Positions 25,672-33,940 of a stretch of 64,000 bases of DNA are shown here, piece after piece. Each line of letters opens with the position of its first letter. Position 1 is the first letter of the stretch. The notes under the pieces were generated by a model. It made no database searches, was not told the origin of the DNA, and saw only the letters and a program-made list of their open reading frames with translations. Position numbers and translations under genes: made by a program. The stretch is taken from the NCBI GenBank assembly GCA_038327765.1, contig JBBQLI010000002.1, positions 933-64,932 on the forward strand, given 5' to 3'. The stretch is from Candidatus Limnocylindrales bacterium (GTDB lineage Bacteria > Chloroflexota > Limnocylindria > Limnocylindrales > CSP1-4).

Positions 25672-26310
25672 GTGACCGTCTCCACCCTGCACGTCTCGCA
25701 TCACCCGGCTGTCCTGCACAAACTGGCCGTCCTCCGCGACGAGCACACCGAACCGAAGAAGTTCCGCGAGGTCGTGCGCGAGCTGTCGTGGCTGCTCGGC
25801 TACGAGGCGCTGGCGGACGTCGGGGTCAAGTCGCGCGAGATCGTGACGCCGATGGAGCCGATGACGGCCCACGAACTCGGTGAGCGGATCGGGCTGGTGC
25901 CGATCCTGCGGGCCGGCCTGGGCATGGTCGATGCGATGCTGGAGCTGATGCCGACGGCACAGGTCTGGCACCTTGGCCTCTTCCGCGACGAGAAGACCCT
26001 GCGACCGGTCGAGTACTACAACAAGCTCCCCGACTCCGCGTCGGTCGACCTGTGCCTGATCCTCGATCCGATGCTGGCGACCGGTGGGTCCGCCACGGCC
26101 GCGATCGAGGTCCTCAAGAAGTGGGGCGCGGTGCGCATCAAGCTGGTCAACCTGATCGCGGCGCCGGAGGGGGTGGCGGCGGTGACGTCGGCGCACCCGG
26201 ACGTCGACATCTACACCGCGGCCCTGGACCGCGGCCTCAACAAAAAGGGCTATATCCAGCCGGGTCTCGGCGACGCCGGCGATCGCCAGTTCGGGACGGG
26301 CAAGGTCTGA
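25672..26310 (+). CDS. upp: Uracil phosphoribosyltransferase
   Basis: GTG 25672 follows GGAGG. Sequence: [23 protein letters not shown]...[11 protein letters not shown]...[12 protein letters not shown]...[16 protein letters not shown]. Confidence 0.93.
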   Translation: MTVSTLHVSHHPAVLHKLAVLRDEHTEPKKFREVVRELSWLLGYEALADVGVKSREIVTPMEPMTAHELGERIGLVPILRAGLGMVDAMLELMPTAQVWHLGLFRDEKTLRPVEYYNKLPDSASVDLCLILDPMLATGGSATAAIEVLKKWGAVRIKLVNLIAAPEGVAAVTSAHPDVDIYTAALDRGLNKKGYIQPGLGDAGDRQFGTGKV

Positions 26311-26333
26311 CGGACGTTCAGTCGTGGAAGCCA

Positions 26334-26360
26334 CTCGTTTCGAGCCTCTGCTGAAACGAG
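26334..26360 (+). terminator. Hairpin terminator after upp
   Basis: ctcgtttc-(11 nt loop)-gaaacgag followed by GTTTC, 24 nt after the upp stop. Confidence 0.55.
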
Positions 26361-26477
26361 GTTTCGCGACACGACCAGCCCGGCCCGCCTCGACCAGAAC
26401 GAGAGCAGCCCCATCGCCCCTGGCTCGCGGGTCAGCGCGTCGACGGGAGCCTTCTCCTCGTGGCTTAGACTCGCCGC

Positions 26478-27035
26478 ATGGGACTCTTGACCTTCAGCAT
26501 CAACGTCACCCTGGACGGCTGCGTCGACCACCGGGAGGGAATCGCCGACGACGAGACCCACGCCTTCTTCACCCGCCTCATGGACGAGGGCGGGGCGATG
26601 CTGTGGGGCCGCATCACCTACGAGATGATGGAGAGCTACTGGCCGGCGGTCGCCCGCGGCGACGAGGAGGCGCCCCCGGCGATGCGCGAGTGGGCGGTCA
26701 AGCTGGAGGCCAAGCCGAAGTACGTGGTGTCGTCGACCCGAACGGACTTCCCGTGGACCAACAGCCACCACATCGGCGGCGACCTGCGCACGGGCGTGCA
26801 GAAACTCAAGGACGCGACCCCGGCCGGCGTGCTCCTCGGGAGCGGCACGCTCGCGACGGAGCTGGACCGGCTGGATCTGATCGACGAGTACGTGTTCCTC
26901 GTCCATCCCAGGATCGCCGGCCACGGCCCGACCCTGTACCAGAACGGCCTGCCCAGCACGCGACGGCTCGAGCTGATCTCGGCGAAGTCGCTCCGCAGCG
27001 GCGCGGTCGCCATGCACTACCGGCGCGCGCGCTGA
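26478..27035 (+). CDS. Dihydrofolate reductase-like (RibD C-terminal domain) family protein
   Basis: LTFSINVTLDGCVDHREG...MLWGRITYEMM...YVVSSTR...LLGSGTLATEL...IDEYVFLVHPRIAGHG. Confidence 0.8.
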   Translation: MGLLTFSINVTLDGCVDHREGIADDETHAFFTRLMDEGGAMLWGRITYEMMESYWPAVARGDEEAPPAMREWAVKLEAKPKYVVSSTRTDFPWTNSHHIGGDLRTGVQKLKDATPAGVLLGSGTLATELDRLDLIDEYVFLVHPRIAGHGPTLYQNGLPSTRRLELISAKSLRSGAVAMHYRRAR

Positions 27036-27055
27036 CGGAACCACGGCCCGCTGGT

Positions 27056-27083
27056 GCGAGCCAGCTAGAGCGTGCTGGCTCGC
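27056..27083 (+). terminator. 10-bp perfect GC-rich hairpin after the DHFR-like gene
   Basis: gcgagccagc-tagagcgt-gctggctcgc, 20 nt after the stop. There is no U-tract. Confidence 0.5.
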
Positions 27084-27467
27084 TCGATGCGACTCACAGT
27101 CGACAGATCGGGGTCGAAGGGTGTCCTCGCTCGCCCCCGGCGCCCAAATGACGACTGGGTGTCGACAAATCGGCCCGTGGAAGCGCGAGCGATCGCGTTC
27201 CGGCCGCATGTGTCGACTCTGAGGCGACACACCGACGACCGAACGCCGCCCGCCAGATCGCCAGACCGCGAGACCGCGAGACCGCCCGACCGCCGACCGG
27301 AGATACACCTCCCGCCTGCATCCGCGGCGAACCGCCGGCCCCGGAACGGATCGCGGCGGCGGTCGCGCTGTTCTGTCACGGGATCGCGACGGGCTGATCT
27401 GGGGGACGTGCGCGGCCACGACCCCGACCGTGCCCCTGTCTGGCCCGGTGTCTGCCACAATCGGTCC

Positions 27468-28337
27468 ATGCGAGTTGCAGTCACCGGTGGCAGCGGGAAA
27501 CTCGGGCGAGTGGTCGTCGCCGACTTGCTCGACCACGGCTACGACGTGGTGGCTCTCGACCTTCAGCCGCCGCGGGACCCGGCAGTCTCGTTCACCCGCA
27601 TCGACCTGACCGACTACGGCCAGGTGGTCGAGGCCCTGACCCACATCGATTCGCGCTATGACGGCGTGGATGCCGTGGTGCATCTTGCGGCGATCCCCGC
27701 TCCTGGGATGATCGCGAATGCCGCCACGTTCGCGAACAACGCGGTCTCCACCTACAACGTGTTCTCGGCGGCCCGTCAGGCAGGCATCAAGAATGTGGTG
27801 TGGGCCTCGAGCGAGACGGTGCTCGGCCTCCCGTTCGATACGCCGCCGCCGTATGCGCCGGTCGACGAGGAGTACGCGGTCCGGCCCGAGTCCACCTATT
27901 CGCTGGTCAAGGATCTCGAAGAGGAGATGGCGCGCCAATTCTGCCGCTGGGATCCGGCGCTCAAGATGATCGGCCTGCGCTTCTCGAACGTCATGGAGCC
28001 GGGCGATTACGCGGCGTTCCCGTCCTACGACCCGGACCCGCTCCTGCGCAAGTGGAACCTGTGGGGCTACATCGACGCGCGTGATGGCGCACAGGCGGTC
28101 CGCCGGGCGCTCGAGCATCCGGCCACCGGGACCGACGTCTTCATCATCGCCAACGCCGACACCGTGATGTCGCGCTCGAGCGCATCGCTGATGGCCGAGG
28201 TCTTCCCGGACGTGCCGATCCACGGCAAGCTCGACGAGCACCAGACGCTCCTGTCGATCGACAAGGCGCGGCGCGTCCTGGGGTATGCACCCGCGCATGG
28301 TTGGCGCGACGAAGTGAGCCGCACCACCGGAGCATGA
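27468..28337 (+). CDS. NAD-dependent epimerase/dehydratase family protein
   Basis: MRVAVTGGSGKLGRVVVADLL...ASSETVLG...YSLVKDLEE, that is Rossmann GxxGxxG and the S...YxxxK triad. Confidence 0.85.
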   Translation: MRVAVTGGSGKLGRVVVADLLDHGYDVVALDLQPPRDPAVSFTRIDLTDYGQVVEALTHIDSRYDGVDAVVHLAAIPAPGMIANAATFANNAVSTYNVFSAARQAGIKNVVWASSETVLGLPFDTPPPYAPVDEEYAVRPESTYSLVKDLEEEMARQFCRWDPALKMIGLRFSNVMEPGDYAAFPSYDPDPLLRKWNLWGYIDARDGAQAVRRALEHPATGTDVFIIANADTVMSRSSASLMAEVFPDVPIHGKLDEHQTLLSIDKARRVLGYAPAHGWRDEVSRTTGA

Positions 28338-29050
28338 GCGCGGTCGACGGCGTCGACTACGGCGCGTTCGACGCGCTCACCTTCGACTGCTACGGGACCC
28401 TCATCGATTGGGAGGCCGGGCTGTCCGCCGGCCTGCGGGCGCTGCTGGGGCCGGCGGGCGCGCCGACCGACCGCGAGGCGTTGCTGGAGGCCTACGCTGG
28501 CTTCGAAGCCGACGCGGAACGGCCGCCGTATCGCCGCTACCGGGAGGTCCTCGCGATCGGGGGACGCGGTGTGGCGCGGGTATACGGGGTGGCGGTGGAC
28601 GACGCGGCCGTCGAGCGGTTCGGCGGCTCTGTCGTCGACTGGCCCGCGTTCCCGGATTCGGCTGCGGCGCTCGAGCGACTCAAGACCCGATTCCGCCTCG
28701 GCGTGCTCACCAACTGCGACGACGACCTGTTCGCGGCATCGAACCGGCGGCTCGGCGTCGCGTTCGACTGGGTGGTCACGGCCCAGCAGGTCGGTGGCTA
28801 CAAGCCCGATCCGCGCAACTTCGAGGTGCTGTTCGAGCGACTCGGGCTGCCGCGCGAACGGATCCTCCACGTCGCTCAGAGCCTCTACCACGACCACGTT
28901 CCGGCCAAGGCGCTCGGGCTGACGACCGTCTGGATCGACCGGCGGCATGGTCGCGTCGGCGCTGGTGCGACACCGGTCCCGGACGTTGCGGCGCGGCCCG
29001 ACGCGACGTTCCCAGATATGGCGTCATTCGCCGCGGCCGCGGTGCCGTGA
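28334..29050 (+). CDS. HAD-superfamily hydrolase (haloacid dehalogenase type II-like)
   Basis: ATGA overlap with the epimerase stop. Sequence: ALTFDCYGTLIDWE (DxYGT motif I)...LTNCD...GGYKPD...WIDR. Confidence 0.8.
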   Translation: MSAVDGVDYGAFDALTFDCYGTLIDWEAGLSAGLRALLGPAGAPTDREALLEAYAGFEADAERPPYRRYREVLAIGGRGVARVYGVAVDDAAVERFGGSVVDWPAFPDSAAALERLKTRFRLGVLTNCDDDLFAASNRRLGVAFDWVVTAQQVGGYKPDPRNFEVLFERLGLPRERILHVAQSLYHDHVPAKALGLTTVWIDRRHGRVGAGATPVPDVAARPDATFPDMASFAAAAVP

Positions 29051-29821
29051 GCGGAGCGTCACGGTCGATGGCTCGAACCAGACAAGACCGGCCTCGTGCG
29101 GCGGCGCTGTACCGGCGCTAAGGGCGCGGACCCAGGCGGCGGACGGCGCCGGGAACGCTGCGGCAAACAGGTTCGGATATCGGCCGACGAGCCGATGGTT
29201 CGCGGCAGTCGCGCTCACGACCCAGACGGTCGCGACACGATACGGCGGCGCACCACCACCGAGGACGCTGGCCAGATCTGCGGCCTCGGTGGCCTTTCGA
29301 TGCGTACTCCGGATCGCGGCGCCGAGATCGCCGAACGTATTCCATGCCTCGATCAGGATCAGAACGCGGTGACGATCGTCGCGAAGAGCGACATCGGTGG
29401 AATGGCGAGGGTCGAGCGGGCGGGTAGGAAGTTCGACTGCCGCTCGCCGGCCCGTCGAGCGTGCGAGTCCGAGCATCGCTTCCTGGATCCGCAGATGGCC
29501 CGCATCCGCGAGGGTCGCGTCCGGGTCTGTGGGGCGGGAGAAGCCGACGGCCAGCGGCCGCCCCAGCACGACCCCGAGCGCGATCCATTTCTCGAGCGGG
29601 ACGCTACCGCCTCGACCGAGTTCGATGGCGCTGATCCACGTCTGATGGACCCCGAGCCGCTCGGCCACCGCCGACTGGGTGAGCCGCAGTGCCCGCCGGT
29701 CGGCCCGCACTTCGCGACCAAGAACGGCCGCGATTGTCGTCGTCCGACGTGCCGCCTCGCGCAGGGGCTCCCGGCCGCGGTTTCTGGTCATCCGTGGCTG
29801 CGTGGGCTCCGTCATGGCCAC
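29024..29821 (-). CDS. XRE-family HTH protein with an uncharacterised C-terminal domain (possible PD-(D/E)xK-like core)
   Basis: The HTH reads LRLTQSAVAERLGVHQTWISAIELGRG. The C-terminal part contains ...STDVALRDDRHRVLILIEAWN.... It overlaps the HAD gene end convergently by 27 nt. Confidence 0.65.
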   Translation of the reverse strand: MAMTEPTQPRMTRNRGREPLREAARRTTTIAAVLGREVRADRRALRLTQSAVAERLGVHQTWISAIELGRGGSVPLEKWIALGVVLGRPLAVGFSRPTDPDATLADAGHLRIQEAMLGLARSTGRRAAVELPTRPLDPRHSTDVALRDDRHRVLILIEAWNTFGDLGAAIRSTHRKATEAADLASVLGGGAPPYRVATVWVVSATAANHRLVGRYPNLFAAAFPAPSAAWVRALSAGTAPPHEAGLVWFEPSTVTLRSRHRGRGE

Positions 29822-30015
29822 CAGTCTTAACGTCAGCGATCATCGGCCACGTATCGGCCTGCCCAGCCGCTCTGTGCGAGTGAGCGCTACCTTCGAGGAC
29901 GGTTCGTGCGCGGGAACACGGTTCGGCCGACGTGCTGGCGCATCAGTCCTCCCTCGCGAGCACCCCAGGGGCGCCGGGGACAGCCTCCAAAACGCTGGAG
30001 TTACGACTGTGAGTC

Positions 30016-30170
30016 TTGCGGGCGGCGGACTTGCGGGCGGCTAGCGGCGGACTCGCGGGCGGCGGGAAGCGGCGGGCAGCCGGGCGGCGGGCGGCGGACT
30101 TGCGGGCGGCGGGCAGCCGGGCGGCGGGCGGCGGACTCGCGGGCGGCGGGCGGCGGGCGGCGGTCGTGCG
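30016..30170. repeat. Irregular GC-rich tandem repeat (cggcggactYgcgggcgg cores at about 30023, 30045, 30092, 30129) with G-quadruplex-capable runs
   Basis: Read directly. G3-N4-G3-N5-G3-N4-G3 lies at 30104-30128, and G3-N7-G3-N5-G3-N4-G3 at 30064-30091 on the + strand. The tract lies between the SBP gene stop and the XRE gene start. Confidence 0.8.
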
Positions 30171-30193
30171 GGTTCCGTCCGAGTCCCGCGGCG

Positions 30194-31510
30194 CTAGAAG
30201 CCGCCCGCGGCGATATCCACGACGCTGCGCTGGAATGACGAGCCCTTGGCGTCCAGGTCGGAGAGCTCGGAGAGGGCCGTCGTCGCCAGGTCCATGCGCA
30301 ACGCATCCTCGGACGGTGCCTCCCGGAGGATGCCGGCACCCACGGCGATGTCGACGCTCCGCTTCCAGAGGCTCGGATCGACCAGCCCGATCCCGTTCGG
30401 CGATGGCCAGATGAGGGCGTTGACTTCATTCAGCTGCCACGCCTGATGGCCGGTCCGCAGGCTGGGATCCAGGCTCGCACTCACGCCCGGGTCCGCGATG
30501 GTCGTCGCGCTCTCGCTGGCCCCCGTGCCGGCACTGGCGCCCGCGCCCGGGTCGGGGCTCCCCGTCGGGCTCCCGCTCCCGTCCGCGCCGGCATCGCGCA
30601 CGTCCTTGACGCAGTCGGCCTGATGGTCACGACAGAAGATCCAGCCCTCGAACGAGGCCTTGAGGAACCGCACCGCGACCTCCTCGTTACCGGACTTGGC
30701 TAGCCAGGAGGCACGGGCGAACACGGCGTCCTGGAGCATCGCCGTGCCCTCATCGTTGTAGTTGATGACATCGAGGTCCACGGGCCGGTAGAGTGCGCCG
30801 GTCTCGGGGTTCGTCGTCTCCAGGATCCGCGCGTATTCGTTGTAGATCATGGCCTCGGCCACATCGACCTGTTTCGTGAGCAGGGACGAGACATCGGGTG
30901 CCTGGATGACCTTCGTATAGCCTTTCCCTGGCTGAAGGCCGTATTTCGTCGCCGCTGCCGTCACCTCGAACTCATTTCCGAAGCCCCAGACGCCGACGCG
31001 CTTGTGCACGAAATCCTTGGGCGACGTGATGTCCGCGGTCTTGAACGAGACCGAGAGCGTGCCCGAGCGCTGGAACACCTGCGCGATATCGACCAGGTCG
31101 GACGCCGGGCTGGCCTCACGTGCCTGGAGCATCTTCGGCACCCACGAGACGGTGAACTCAGGCCCGTTGCCCTCGGAGCCGATGCGCTGCGGGGCGATGC
31201 CCGGACCGCCCGGGACGATCGTGACCTCGATCCCTTCGGCCGCGTAATACCCCTGCTTGACGGCCGCCAGGTAGCCCGCGAATTGGGCCTGCGCTACCCA
31301 CTGGAGCTGGAGCCGGACCTTCGTCACGGCCGGCGGCCTGCTCGCGGGCGGGGCGACCGATGGTGTCAGCGCGACGCTCGGCGGGGCGACGCTCGGCGGG
31401 GCGGTGGCGACCGGCACCGTCGATATCGTTGACCCCTGGCACGCAGACGCCAGAAACACCGCGCTCGCGACGACGGCCAGGATGCGTGAGCGCATCGGGC
31501 GCGTCGCCAT
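30194..31510 (-). CDS. ABC-transporter substrate-binding lipoprotein, NMT1/THI5-like (nitrate/sulfonate/HMP type)
   Basis: The lipobox is FLASAC. Sequence: KVRLQLQWVAQAQFAGYLAAVKQGYYAAEGIEVTIVPGG.... A low-complexity G/S/A/P insert is present. No cognate permease or ATPase lies adjacent. Confidence 0.7.
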   Translation of the reverse strand: MATRPMRSRILAVVASAVFLASACQGSTISTVPVATAPPSVAPPSVALTPSVAPPASRPPAVTKVRLQLQWVAQAQFAGYLAAVKQGYYAAEGIEVTIVPGGPGIAPQRIGSEGNGPEFTVSWVPKMLQAREASPASDLVDIAQVFQRSGTLSVSFKTADITSPKDFVHKRVGVWGFGNEFEVTAAATKYGLQPGKGYTKVIQAPDVSSLLTKQVDVAEAMIYNEYARILETTNPETGALYRPVDLDVINYNDEGTAMLQDAVFARASWLAKSGNEEVAVRFLKASFEGWIFCRDHQADCVKDVRDAGADGSGSPTGSPDPGAGASAGTGASESATTIADPGVSASLDPSLRTGHQAWQLNEVNALIWPSPNGIGLVDPSLWKRSVDIAVGAGILREAPSEDALRMDLATTALSELSDLDAKGSSFQRSVVDIAAGGF

Positions 31511-31513
31511 CGA

Positions 31514-32851
31514 TCAGCCGGTCACGGCCCGGTCGGCGATCGACAGGACGCGGTCGATGATCTCGAAGCCGTCCGCGAGTTGCGCTTCGGTGATCGTCAG
31601 GGGCGGGTTGGTGTGGATGGAATTGTTCGCAAGCATCGTGTAGAGCCCGGCCTCGCGGAATGCCTTCCCGATCGCCTTCATCTCGTCCGACGTGCCGTTG
31701 AAGGCGGTCAGCGGCGTCCACGGATCGCGGCTCCGGACCAGGTCGATGATCCCGAACAGCCCGAGGTTGCGGACTGCGCCCACGCTCGGATGCTTCGCGG
31801 CGAGATCGAGATGGTGCTGGCGCATCACCGGGCCAAGCCGCGCGGCCCGCTCGATCAGCCCGTCCTCCTCGTAGACCTTGATCGTCGCGAGGGATGCGGC
31901 CAGGCTGATCGGATGGCTGCTGTAGGTCAGGCCGCCGTAGAACATCTTCGTGTCGAACTGCTCCGCGATCCCGTGGCGCATCGCGACGGCGCCAAGCGGC
32001 AGGTAACTGGACGTGAGGCCCTTGGCCATCGTCATGAGATCCGGCGTGACATCCCAGTGGTCGATGGCGAACCACTTCCCGGTCCGCCCGAAGCCAGCCA
32101 TCACCTCGTCGGCGACCATGAGGATCCCGTACCGGTCGCAGATGTCGCGGACGCCCTTGATGTAGCCGTCGGGCGGGATGAGGATGCCGTTGGTCCCGAC
32201 GATGGTCTCGAGGAAGATCGCGGCGATCGTGTGCGGGCCCTCGTAGCGGACCACGTCCTCGAGCCCTTGCAGGCTCTCGGCCACGGGCCGTGGCTCGGGC
32301 TCGCCCCAGCGGTGCGTGTCGGGGTAGCGGACCACACCGACCAGGCCCGGCTCATTGGCCCAGCGCCGGGGGTCGCCGGTCAGGCTCATGGCCCCGAGGG
32401 TCGCCCCGTGGTACGAGCGGTAGCGGGCGAGCACCTTGTACCGCCCGGTGACGTGGCGCGCGAACTTGATCGCGTTCTCGATCGCCTCCGCGCCACCGAG
32501 CGTGAAGAAGACCTTGTCCATGTCGCCAGGGAGGATCTCGGCGAGCTTGGCGCCCAGCCGCGCCCGGATCTCGGTGGTGAATGCCGGCTGCACGTACTGG
32601 AGCTTGAGCGCCTGCTCGGTGATGGCGTCGATGACGCGGCGATCCCCGTGGCCGATGTTGACGGACATCAGCTGGCTGTTGAAATCGAGGATCCGCTGGC
32701 CCTCCGGGGTGTACAGGTAGACGCCCTCGGCGTGGTCGATCGCGATCGGGTCGACCGTGCCCTGGACCGACCACGAGAAGAACGTGTGTTCCTTCGAGAG
32801 GGCGGCGATCTCGGCGCTGGACATCGTCCCCGGTGCCGTGCTGATACCCAT
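31514..32851 (-). CDS. Class-III (omega) aminotransferase
   Basis: DEVMAGFGRTGKWFAIDHW (PLP-Lys region), 445 aa. It resembles beta-alanine/taurine:pyruvate aminotransferases. Confidence 0.85.
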   Translation of the reverse strand: MGISTAPGTMSSAEIAALSKEHTFFSWSVQGTVDPIAIDHAEGVYLYTPEGQRILDFNSQLMSVNIGHGDRRVIDAITEQALKLQYVQPAFTTEIRARLGAKLAEILPGDMDKVFFTLGGAEAIENAIKFARHVTGRYKVLARYRSYHGATLGAMSLTGDPRRWANEPGLVGVVRYPDTHRWGEPEPRPVAESLQGLEDVVRYEGPHTIAAIFLETIVGTNGILIPPDGYIKGVRDICDRYGILMVADEVMAGFGRTGKWFAIDHWDVTPDLMTMAKGLTSSYLPLGAVAMRHGIAEQFDTKMFYGGLTYSSHPISLAASLATIKVYEEDGLIERAARLGPVMRQHHLDLAAKHPSVGAVRNLGLFGIIDLVRSRDPWTPLTAFNGTSDEMKAIGKAFREAGLYTMLANNSIHTNPPLTITEAQLADGFEIIDRVLSIADRAVTG

Positions 32852-33276
32852 GGATCACCTCGGGGCAGGTCGTCCGCAGTGAAGCGGCGGACCTGGGCGG
32901 GACTCGGATCGGACGGCGCGCATGCGCCGCCGCTGGGGTCGCCATTACAGCACATCCGGACCGGCTGACGAGACCCGACCCAGCCCGTGGGTGCCTGCCC
33001 GGTCGCATGCCTGATGACAAGGTTGCGAGATCCCGTATAGACTCCGCGCGCCGACCGGCCCCCCAAGGTCACAAGGATCGACAACTCAAGAGTCCGAGCG
33101 CGCACCGGCTCCCCGAGTCAGCTCCTGGCATCCCCCAAGATGCCGCGGGTCCCCACGACCCACCTCTCCCGGCCACGCCTCCCTCGCCGTGCCTGCTGTG
33201 GACCCCAGCCATCAATCCGCCGTCGCGCCCCCGCGCGACGTCCCGGCAGGAAGGAACTCCATTGCGATCGACACGC

Positions 33277-33924
33277 ATGGGCGCGCGAGCGTTCATCCCC
33301 CTGGCATTGGCCGCCACCATCCTCTTCAGCGGACACCCGGTCGCCACCGTCGCGGCTGTCGAAGCGTCCCCGGTCGTCACCCCGGATCCCACCCCGATCG
33401 TCGATCCCGCCCCGACGCCCGATCCCATGGCGACCCCCACCCCGACGCCCGATCCCACCCCGGCGCCGACCGCCACGCCCGTCCCGACCGCGAGCGCCAC
33501 CCCGGCGCCGACCCCCACACCACGACCGCGGGTGACCGAGGCGCAGCAGATCATCGCCATCGCGAAGAAGCAGCTCGGCGACCCATGGGTCTACGGGGCG
33601 ACCGGTCCGAAGGCCTTCGACTGCTCGGGTCTCGTCGCCTATGCGTTCCGCAAGGCCGGCGACCTTCGTGCGCTCGACCACGGCCGGCTCCGGTCGGCCG
33701 GCGCGATCTACCGCTGGTTCAAGGCCCGCGGCCTCGCGAGTGGCTCTAACCCGCACCCTGGCGACCTCGTCATCTGGGGTGGTGGCACGCACATCGGGAT
33801 CTACATCGGCAACGGCAAGGCGATCAGCACGCTGACCCGCGGCGTGACGATCCATCGGGTCCACGCGGTCACGGCGCGATTCACCGCCTACCTCCACACC
33901 GGGATGTGGAAGGCGACCAACTAG
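33277..33924 (+). CDS. Secreted NlpC/P60 cell-wall peptidase
   Basis: Signal peptide MGARAFIPLALAATILFSG, a Pro/Thr linker, then GATGPKAFDCSGLVAYAF...HIGIYIG (Cys-His catalytic core). An alternative TTG start lies at 33262, closer to AGGAAGGA. Confidence 0.85.
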   Translation: MGARAFIPLALAATILFSGHPVATVAAVEASPVVTPDPTPIVDPAPTPDPMATPTPTPDPTPAPTATPVPTASATPAPTPTPRPRVTEAQQIIAIAKKQLGDPWVYGATGPKAFDCSGLVAYAFRKAGDLRALDHGRLRSAGAIYRWFKARGLASGSNPHPGDLVIWGGGTHIGIYIGNGKAISTLTRGVTIHRVHAVTARFTAYLHTGMWKATN

Positions 33925-33940
33925 CCGAGGCGCGGCCGGG

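Noticed and set aside
32852-33276. c-di-AMP (ydaO-yuaA) riboswitch in the NlpC/P60 leader.
   Set aside because: Expected from the gene context, but the conserved GGGGUGAAUC and CAGCUAACCUCGUAAGCG cores are absent. Only a loose CCCCGAGUCAGCUCC resemblance is present.
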